From Nitrososphaeraceae archaeon (lineage in GTDB: Archaea > Thermoproteota > Nitrososphaeria > Nitrososphaerales > Nitrososphaeraceae), in assembly GCA_035297365.1 (NCBI GenBank), contig DATGZA010000004.1, positions 1 through 12,462 on the forward strand: a stretch of 12,462 bases of DNA. Direction: 5' to 3'. This document shows positions 1 to 6,966 of the stretch, in pieces (position 1 is the stretch's first letter; each line of letters begins with the position of its first letter). Position numbers and translations under genes: made by a program. The notes below the pieces were generated by a model. That model was given only the letters and a program-made list of their open reading frames with translations. It was not told where the DNA came from and did no database searches.

Positions 1-691
1 CTGCAGCAAATTTTTCACGGCAATACGTACCTCCTCGGATAGAACGAATAACTTCAATTTGTATTGCTACCAGTCCCTTTCTTGGTTGAGGTTGAGAACT
101 ACCATATTTTTGTATGGTGTATCCTCCGTCCAGTTCGAAATCCACCATTTCTTCGCTCTGATTACGTGGGAATACTCTTATACCTTTTTTTTTAAATAGA
201 GGTATTAAACCATGGGGCCCCCAGAAATAATCAGGATCAATTTCGGTCAATGATTGCCTCGAATGTCCTTTATCAGTTCCAACAATTACCTCAATAAAAT
301 TACCCTTAACCTCTACCTTTTCTGTACCGTGAATATCAAATAGAAAGGCAATACCATTCTCATTTTGAGGAAGCATTTCTTCAATTATTTCTAAAATTCC
401 ATTATGGTATTTGTCATAAGCTCTTTGGGCTTGAAGATCCGACACTTCATATGCGCATGGTTGTTCTCTGTTATGATCAACGTACTCCCGGTCAACCACT
501 GCAATCTGTTTATATGGATCTTTTCCGCTTAATCGACGTATGTGTGTAATGATACGCTCGGTAAGATCCTCTGTTCCAATATCATTATCTATGCTAAATT
601 CACCAGGATCACAGTTATCTTTGTTTCTTACTTTATCTGTATGTTGTGTTCCGTTATGTGGACATGTAAATAATAAGTTTATTCTTGGCAT
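1..691 (-). CDS. N-formylglutamate amidohydrolase (FGase) family protein, 3' end outside the window
   Basis: Manual translation from the ATG at 691 is open to the window edge (230 codons): MPRINLLFTCPHNG...DIGTEDLT...DREYVDHNRE...AYDKYHNGI...FLFDIHGT...LDGGYTIQKYG...AIQIEVIRSIR. The motifs xPH, D-x-NR, YH, DIH, GGY and QIE appear in the order typical of the FGase family. It is absent from the ORF track because there is no stop in the window. Confidence 0.85.
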   Translation of the reverse strand, partial: MPRINLLFTCPHNGTQHTDKVRNKDNCDPGEFSIDNDIGTEDLTERIITHIRRLSGKDPYKQIAVVDREYVDHNREQPCAYEVSDLQAQRAYDKYHNGILEIIEEMLPQNENGIAFLFDIHGTEKVEVKGNFIEVIVGTDKGHSRQSLTEIDPDYFWGPHGLIPLFKKKGIRVFPRNQSEEMVDFELDGGYTIQKYGSSQPQPRKGLVAIQIEVIRSIRGGTYCREKFAA

Positions 692-853
692 GTATAATCA
701 TTTTAGGAAACATGTGGATATTAATAACCATTTCCAAGACATTAGTCAGCAGCTGTGCATATGTCTATATTATTGTCTATTATTTAACTATCGACAATTA
801 AATCTAAAGCTTTATTTTGGTTTCATTGGATAGTAATAATATTAATCTCTTCT

Positions 854-1101
854 TTAGTCACCTTGATAGAGAGATGAACAAAAGAAATTAATGGCTTCGG
901 TAACATCCTCTAGTTGATTGAAACCTTGTCTCCAAAACTGGTCTGGTAAAAGAGCGGTAGCTGACAAACCCCTGAAGAGCAGTAGATGATGTGTACTGTA
1001 CCTGCATCAGCTATAAAACCAAAATGTTCACCTAGTATTCCGATAGCCTTATCTTCAATTCCATCAGCATTAAAATCTACATTTATCTCAGAACTACCTC
1101 A
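854..1101 (-). pseudogene. Decayed FG-GAP (integrin-alpha-like beta-propeller) repeat protein remnant; 5' extent uncertain, possibly to about 1320-1460
   Basis: Reads *GSSEINVDFNADGIEDKAIGILGEHFGFIADAGTVHIIYCSS, then a 1-nt frameshift at about 971-973, then GLSATALLPDQFWRQGFNQLEDVTEAINFFCSSLYQGD*. This matches the FG-GAP consensus DFNxDGxxDLAIGxPGE...AGxVxVIYGS.xGL...FGxSLxxGD. In-frame stops at 1101-1099, 1194-1192 and 856-854. Confidence 0.75.
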
Positions 1102-1711
1102 TGCTGCCGAATCGCTATCACTTTTACTTGTAGTACTTATAAGATCAGTAAGATTAAATAAAAAGGCAGTAGAATTTTTTATCTTCGTTTTTTAAATTGT
1201 GTTATTAATCTTTGATGCAGATTCCAGTTCGCCGATTTTATGAGCTGTTTTCTTGAACTCCTATTTCAGTGGTATTTTTATCGACCATCCCACTGGTCGG
1301 GGTTTCAGTCAGATGTTGTGGCAGGAATGAGAGGAGAAATTTTATCGTTTTTGTGAATTTCTATATACACATTCTTTGTTAATCTCTCTTTCTATATCGG
1401 TGTTGTTTCGCAATTGCGATGAAGCTGTTGCCAAATTAAAAAGGAGAAACATGCTATCCATATGAATATGTTGCCGCCATCGTAGGCAAACCGCTGGAAT
1501 CTTTGTGACAGAACTATTCAATACCTAGAAATCTCTGCCTCTTCAACATTGTACGACTATCATTGATCATTTATTAATGTTGTACTAGGTGTAAGCCTTT
1601 TTGTTTAGTGTGTTATTGAAGGCCTTGGAGATTTAGGAGGATTTAGCATCGTATTATTTATCCAGTACCTATTTGTAACAGAAATTTGAAACTTTTCTTT
1701 TTTTTCCGTTT

Positions 1712-2317
1712 CTATGGTGTATTCATTTTGAGTAAGAGGATCTGTGGTAATATGTTGTATTTTTTTTCTTCAACGGAAGGAATAGATATTTTCATTAAAT
1801 GTGACTCGTTGGTATCAAGTAAAGAGCCTGATATTGATACACCTAATTCTTGTTCAAAATTTGGAGCTTTTGATAACAGGTGAGAAAGATAGCAATCAGA
1901 ATTTGTTCCAAATAGATAATATTCAAGATGTGCTGGATAATCAGGACTATTTTCATTCAATTTCTTAAACAAAAGTATTTTCTTTATATTTACTTTAGTT
2001 TGACCTATAGGACCACCATCAGGATCACCATTTTCATTTGCAAAATGAATTGGGCCAAAAAAGGAAAACGAATGTGCAAGCTCCTCTAATGTCATCGATG
2101 ATTTGTTTAATACAATAACAGGTTTATCAGGATTTTCTTTTTTTATTCTGAGATAATTATCCATTCCATCTCTATCAATTTCGGCTTCTAATATTGTCTG
2201 AAAGGAATGGGCGGGCATATGATACATCGGCAAATGACACAAGTATAGTTTCTCTGTACCTAGCATTAGAAAACCATGGACATTAACAAGATGTCCATGT
2301 GAGTGATGGTTAGACAC
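1712..2317 (-). CDS. Hypothetical His-rich protein with an internally duplicated motif; probably frameshifted, with the full-length product ending at 1605
   Basis: 201-aa ORF with a GTG start. It has two similar motifs, HGFLMLGTEKLYLCHL...Q and YYLFGTNSDCYLSHL...Q. A -1 shift at the A8 run (1767-1760) opens 51 more protein-like codons to a TAA at 1607-1605. Confidence 0.75.
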   Translation of the reverse strand: MSNHHSHGHLVNVHGFLMLGTEKLYLCHLPMYHMPAHSFQTILEAEIDRDGMDNYLRIKKENPDKPVIVLNKSSMTLEELAHSFSFFGPIHFANENGDPDGGPIGQTKVNIKKILLFKKLNENSPDYPAHLEYYLFGTNSDCYLSHLLSKAPNFEQELGVSISGSLLDTNESHLMKISIPSVEEKKYNILPQILLLKMNTP

Positions 2318-2337
2318 TAACTTCGTTAGTACTGCTT

Positions 2338-2352
2338 ACATAAATAATTTTT
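2338..2352 (-). promoter_or_regulatory. Candidate archaeal BRE/TATA for the gene starting at 2317
   Basis: The minus strand reads AAAAATTATTTATGTA, ending about 21 nt before the GTG, which fits a leaderless transcript. The AT-rich background weakens this call. Confidence 0.3.
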
Positions 2353-2693
2353 GTTTGTAAATCTTATTTAAAATATAAATACTAAATATCAAATTATGCT
2401 AAATACCAAAATATTGGCTCTGTTAATTTAAGATAACATTCACCTTCTGTAACTCAAAATCATTATGATTATTTGTGATAGTATCGTTGTATATATAATA
2501 GAAATAAAAGAATTGTTACCAATTATATACATTAATATATTACATTCATTTAGTGTACAGGGATAATAGTCATCAAAACTTTTTATTCTATTCTTCAAGT
2601 GCTGGATGTGTGCCTAAAGCATTTATGGTTTGCCTCAAATAGGTCAAATATGTGATCAAATGGGTCAGAAAAAATCAAACGAAAAATGGATGA

Positions 2694-2709
2694 CCAAAAA
2701 ATTTTTATC
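2694..2709 (+). promoter_or_regulatory. Candidate archaeal BRE/TATA for the astacin gene
   Basis: CCAAAAAA followed by TTTTTATC ends 21 nt before the ATG at 2731, with no Shine-Dalgarno. Confidence 0.3.
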
Positions 2710-2730
2710 GTACCAAACTAAGCACATAAC

Positions 2731-4578
2731 ATGTCATCAAAAAAAAGTCAAAATGATGATGAAACAGAATTTTTAACATCCGAACGTCAATCAAAAACTG
2801 GTTTTTGGTCGGGACCTGGTTTTGTTAATGCTAAAGTCGAATATCTTGAGGTAGGTGGATATGCAATTGCAGAAGGAGATATCTGTGTTGGAACTGTAGA
2901 CGAATTGAAGGAAAGCAATAAACCCGAAATTCTAGATAAAAAGGTTGTAGAGGAAGAGGCCCGTGAAGCAGCTGGTATCATAGATCTTCCTCTAGAAGCT
3001 GGTATGATCATTCCTGGTGCGGGCAACAAATACAGGTGGCCAAACTGTACCATGCCATATGAAATAGACCCCAACTTACCAAACCAAACACGTGTCACTG
3101 ACGCCATGAGCCATTGGACACAAAAAACCGGCTTCAAGTTTGTCAAAAGGACTACACAAGCAGATTGGGTATACTTTACTGACAAAGGAGGATGTTGGTC
3201 AATGGTTGGTAGAAGAGGTGGCCAGCAGATAATATCCCTTGGCACGGGTTGTAGCACAGGAAATGCTATTCACGAGATAGGTCATGCGATAGGACTCTTC
3301 CATGAGCAGAGCAGAAATGATCGAGATACCTACGTCAGGATAAACTGGGCCAATATCGATCCTCAATATCAGAGCAACTTTTCTCAGTACCTTAACAGTG
3401 GTATAGACATAGGCAAGTATGACTATTGTTCGATCATGCACTATCCTAGACAGGCATTTTCAAAGAATGGACAGGACACGATAACACCACTCCAGGCAGG
3501 AGCAGAATGTATGGGTCAAAGACAAGGATTGAGCCCATTTGATATAGCTGCTGTGAAACAAACGTATCCAGAATGTGTAATTGACAGATGTCTCGTATTT
3601 GCGATAGAAGCCCGACGTCAATATAATTTGTACCGTACAACCCAGAAAAGGATATACCTCTGTAGATACTACTGGTATTTCGCACGTTATTGTGACTGCA
3701 AGTACAGAGCTACTGGGAATCCAATATACTTGAATTGCTACAGGAACTATATGAGATTGTACCGAAATTGCACCGTAGTTGGACCAGTTGGACCAGTTGG
3801 ACCAGTTGGACCAGTCGTACCGGTGATACCAGGTGGACCAGGACCCCTTTTACCAGAAAGTATAGATATTGAAGATATCGAAATGGAAGGTCTTGGAGGA
3901 GAAGAGATTTGTCCAGAATGTCCAAAAGGCCTTGAAGAAATGGAACCTGAGATGATGGAAGGAGGCCTTGAAGAAATGGAACCTGAGATGATGGAACAGG
4001 CACCAATTGTCCCACCACATTTCAAATGTTTCAAGTATCGCACCAAAGCACAAAGATGGCTTAGGATGTATAAGGAAACCGGATTCAAAAAATACCTCTG
4101 TTATTTCTACCTAAATTATGCAAGATATTTGTGTTGTCTATACAAGTACACAAGCAATCCGGCACAGAAAAAAGCATGCTTAAGATACATGACGGCGTAC
4201 CGGATTTGTATCAGAACACTCACAGAACCAGTAGTTGGTCTTCCCACAGTAGGATCAGATCTGGGAGCTACAGGAGATATTTTGGGTGAAGAATTGATGG
4301 AAGGAGAATTAGAAGGACAGACTCAAACTTTGACACCATCTATACCCATACCACCACCTGAACCTGCATCATTAGCCACTGTCAATTGCGTAAAACATAG
4401 AAAAACTGCACTTAGATACCTGCAATACTACAGAAAAACTCATATCAAAAAATACCTTTGCTATTTCTACCTATATCTTGCACGATACAACTTGTGTCTA
4501 TACAGATATACGCAAAAATCGATATATAAGCAACGTTATAAGCATTACTACAATCTGTACAAAGTGTGCATAGCATAA
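2731..4578 (+). CDS. Astacin-family (peptidase M12A) zinc metalloprotease with an acidic propeptide and three C-terminal Tyr/Cys/Lys/Arg-rich repeat modules
   Basis: Zn motif HEIGHAIGLFHEQSRNDRD, Met-turn SIMHY, GCWSMVG, propeptide motif EGDI, and MGQRQGLSPFDI. No N-terminal hydrophobic signal. An in-frame TAA at 2719-2721 fixes the start. Confidence 0.95.
   Translation: MSSKKSQNDDETEFLTSERQSKTGFWSGPGFVNAKVEYLEVGGYAIAEGDICVGTVDELKESNKPEILDKKVVEEEAREAAGIIDLPLEAGMIIPGAGNKYRWPNCTMPYEIDPNLPNQTRVTDAMSHWTQKTGFKFVKRTTQADWVYFTDKGGCWSMVGRRGGQQIISLGTGCSTGNAIHEIGHAIGLFHEQSRNDRDTYVRINWANIDPQYQSNFSQYLNSGIDIGKYDYCSIMHYPRQAFSKNGQDTITPLQAGAECMGQRQGLSPFDIAAVKQTYPECVIDRCLVFAIEARRQYNLYRTTQKRIYLCRYYWYFARYCDCKYRATGNPIYLNCYRNYMRLYRNCTVVGPVGPVGPVGPVVPVIPGGPGPLLPESIDIEDIEMEGLGGEEICPECPKGLEEMEPEMMEGGLEEMEPEMMEQAPIVPPHFKCFKYRTKAQRWLRMYKETGFKKYLCYFYLNYARYLCCLYKYTSNPAQKKACLRYMTAYRICIRTLTEPVVGLPTVGSDLGATGDILGEELMEGELEGQTQTLTPSIPIPPPEPASLATVNCVKHRKTALRYLQYYRKTHIKKYLCYFYLYLARYNLCLYRYTQKSIYKQRYKHYYNLYKVCIA
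3778..3813 (+). repeat. 9-bp tandem repeat (GTTGGACCA)x4 encoding (VGP)4
   Basis: Four perfect copies read directly from the sequence. Confidence 0.95.
3927..3996 (+). repeat. Tandem duplication with a 36-bp period, encoding GLEEMEPEMME twice
   Basis: 34 identical nt at 3927-3960 and 3963-3996. Confidence 0.95.
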
Positions 4579-4596
4579 CTCTCTTTCTTTTTTTTT
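4579..4596 (+). terminator. Probable archaeal-type oligo(T) terminator
   Basis: The pyrimidine tract CTCTCTTTC followed by T9 lies directly after the astacin stop codon, with no GC-rich hairpin. Confidence 0.55.
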
Positions 4597-4639
4597 AAAA
4601 AAATAGTAATTATAAGATCGATATTAGTATTCTAATAGC

Positions 4640-4978
4640 ATGAGTCAAGTTGTAGTGACTGGTAAAGTAAAGTTTGAACAAAATGCCACGTCGTTTGATA
4701 AGGCCACAGCTTATGTAAGTCTGCTTGATGTTTCAAGACAAGATGCACCTTCTGAAACGATTGCAAAGCAGGTGATAAAGAATGTCGAGCCGGGAGAGTT
4801 TTCATTTTCACTTTCTGGGATAATTAAGGATCCAAGAGGAATGTATGTGGTATCGGTCCATGTAGATGTTGACGGCGACGGTGAAGTGAGTACAGGTGAT
4901 TATATAACTACGGGTTATTACCAGATTTCTACACAACAGGAACATACCGATATAGATGTGACAGTTAAAAAGGTATAG
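4640..4978 (+). CDS. YbaY/YscW-like beta-sandwich protein lacking a lipoprotein signal, with a DxDxDG Ca-binding loop
   Basis: VTGKV...ATAYVSLLDVSRQDAPSETIAKQVI...FSFSL...DPRGMYVVSVHVD resembles the YbaY pattern VxLxDVSxxDAP. The loop DVDGDGEVSTGD is at 4865-4900. There is no Cys or lipobox. Confidence 0.8.
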   Translation: MSQVVVTGKVKFEQNATSFDKATAYVSLLDVSRQDAPSETIAKQVIKNVEPGEFSFSLSGIIKDPRGMYVVSVHVDVDGDGEVSTGDYITTGYYQISTQQEHTDIDVTVKKV

Positions 4979-5421
4979 AATAATAATTGTCTATATAAAA
5001 ATAGCTTTAATTATGTAGGGTGAATGAATACTTTTTTATAACATGATTTTTCTAACTCTAGACCTGATTTAGGATTTCTTAAAAATTCTCTCATCATTCT
5101 TTCTTTTAGTTATCATTTTAACGATTTTATTGTCTCAATTCTTCTTATTTGTTGGATCTTAAGAGATATTATTGAATCGTTTATTATAAAAAGAGTCTGT
5201 TTTAAAATGCAAATTTCAAATGATAATTATAATTTGTGTTCGTTATCTAAGGATCTTTAAAAGTAGGTACGAATATAGCTTGTTGATTTCTTATTAATTA
5301 TTTTAAAAATGTTCAACAATAAAAAGCATGTTAGAACAATTATACTTATCGAATATATTCTTTGAAATGAGATTGAAATACAATTAATCTTACACAGTAA
5401 TTGCAGTGTACATATTCTTCT

Positions 5422-5445
5422 TAATTTTTCGGCGCCGAAAAATTA
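5422..5445. repeat. 24-bp perfect palindrome TAATTTTTCGGCGCCGAAAAATTA
   Basis: All 12 pairs checked by hand. It lies in the intergenic region 4979-5865. Function unknown. Confidence 0.9.
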
Positions 5446-5865
5446 GTTCTGTTCGTCAGTTAATTTAGAGACTATCCAAAATTAATATTCTATAGAGAAT
5501 TATTGTACTATTAGATAATTGTACAAGACCGCGATAATTTTGTTTTCTTTTCATATCATGTAAATAATTTCTTGATTCTGTCACCCTATGAATTAGCTCT
5601 CTTAATTATTACCCATCATCTTGCTGCAGAACGTCTCTTGCAGACCTTATTTTCTTCTTTTCTGTGTCCTATATGTGTCTATTTCTTTCATGTTTTATTG
5701 TTATAAATCTTTGAAATGACATGCTTTAGGATCATATTTCAGGTATCGTACACGATCCGGTGAATTATAGAATAATAAAGATAATATTATAGGAAATGGA
5801 TACATAGGAAGCCAGGTGAAATATAGATCTCATTTAATTGCGCGAGATCTATACGTTATAATGAT

Positions 5866-6960
5866 ATGACAGAATTTAGAAAACCTGTTAGAAATGAACT
5901 CTACCAAAAGACAGTTGAAGTTAGCAGTAAATTTAAAAGCAACCACATAATTCATACGAATGTGACTGATAAAACACTTACAGATAGTATAAATGTAGAT
6001 GATGATGCAATTAAAAGGTATAACGATAGAAAACAAAAAACATCTGAGAATCTGCAAACTTTAGCAAAAGGGAATCCAGAGGCTATATTAAATCTTGACA
6101 CTCAGGAAAGAGTAGCACGTAGGATAATTCAACTTAAAGAAGATCTTCCGGATTTAACAATCGAACGTGTGATAGGAGGTAACGATCTAATGCCTATTTT
6201 TTATCTTGAAAAGGGAAAAAGAGTGTCAGAATGTGCATGTAGAATTGAGGTGATTGATGAAATGGACAATATTTTAGGACATGGAACTGGTTTCATGGTA
6301 TCTCCATCTTTATTAATGACAAATAATCACGTTTTACGTAACTTAGAAAGTAGTAAAAAAAGTTTAGCACAATTTAATTATGAAAAGGGAGAAAATAATC
6401 GTTCCAAACCAATGGTTGAATTTCGGCTTGATCCAAACAAATTTTTTTATACTAACAAAGAATTAGATTTTACGTTAGTTGATGTTAATCCAACATCAGA
6501 AGATGGCCAAGAGCTTTCTAAATTTCATTATCTCAAGTTGATAAAAGAAACGGGAAAAGCAATCATAGGGGAATATGTTACTGTTATTCAGCATCCTCGT
6601 GGCGAAATGAAACAAGTTAGTCTAAGAGAAAATAGAGTAGTAGATATACTTGATAATTATGTGCATTCTATTACAGACACAAGTCCAGGATCGTCAGGCT
6701 CACCAGTTTTTAATGATCAATGGAATGTAGTATCGTTACATCACAGCGGTGTTCCCAAAACAGATGCCCAAGGTAATTATTTAACGAAGGATAATAAAAT
6801 ATGGACAGAAGATATGGGAGATAATATGATTGATTGGATAGCTAATGAAAGTGTTCGTATTAGTTCAATTATTAAACATTTGGAAGATGTAAAGGAACAA
6901 ATCCCAGCCCATATGAAGCCAATCTTGGATGAATTTTTAAAGTTAACCGAACAGGTGTAA
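5866..6960 (+). CDS. Trypsin-like serine protease (Trypsin_2 / V8-like, probably Glu-specific)
   Basis: Catalytic triad motifs GTGFMVSPSLLMTNNHV (His), LDFTLV (Asp) and TDTSPGSSGSPVFN (Ser), plus IQHP and SLHH. About 100 aa of pro-region precede ERVIGGND. No signal peptide. Confidence 0.93.
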   Translation: MTEFRKPVRNELYQKTVEVSSKFKSNHIIHTNVTDKTLTDSINVDDDAIKRYNDRKQKTSENLQTLAKGNPEAILNLDTQERVARRIIQLKEDLPDLTIERVIGGNDLMPIFYLEKGKRVSECACRIEVIDEMDNILGHGTGFMVSPSLLMTNNHVLRNLESSKKSLAQFNYEKGENNRSKPMVEFRLDPNKFFYTNKELDFTLVDVNPTSEDGQELSKFHYLKLIKETGKAIIGEYVTVIQHPRGEMKQVSLRENRVVDILDNYVHSITDTSPGSSGSPVFNDQWNVVSLHHSGVPKTDAQGNYLTKDNKIWTEDMGDNMIDWIANESVRISSIIKHLEDVKEQIPAHMKPILDEFLKLTEQV

Positions 6961-6966
6961 AATCAT

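Larger units (their letters stand above)
3589..4569 (+). repeat. Three gap-free 61-codon protein repeats: 3589-3771, 4027-4209, 4387-4569
   Basis: Manual alignment shows invariant C1, A8, R10, Y15, T18, Y23, L24, C25, Y28, A32, R33, Y34, C37, Y39, T42, Y54, Y58 and C61. Confidence 0.93.

Noticed and set aside
540-833. 97-aa + strand ORF
   Set aside because: It overlaps the FGase-family gene antisense and has no recognisable motifs.
986-1195. 69-aa + strand ORF
   Set aside because: It is the antisense shadow of the FG-GAP remnant.
1282-1299. Hairpin CGACCA-N6-TGGTCG
   Set aside because: It is a 6-bp stem inside decayed coding sequence and is likely chance.
1686-1883. 65-aa + strand ORF
   Set aside because: It is antisense to the 1605/1712-2317 gene.
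3778-3846. Collagen triple-helix domain
   Set aside because: There are only about four Gly-X-Y triplets, too short; it is treated as a linker.
3778-3996. CRISPR array
   Set aside because: The repeats are in-frame coding tandem copies with no unique spacers, and there are no cas genes.
2787-4088. Six minus-strand ORFs inside the astacin, including a collagen-like (GPT)n reading
   Set aside because: They are shadows of a well-supported gene; the GPT repeat simply mirrors the 9-bp repeat.
5830-6057. 75-aa minus ORF
   Set aside because: It is antisense to the serine protease.
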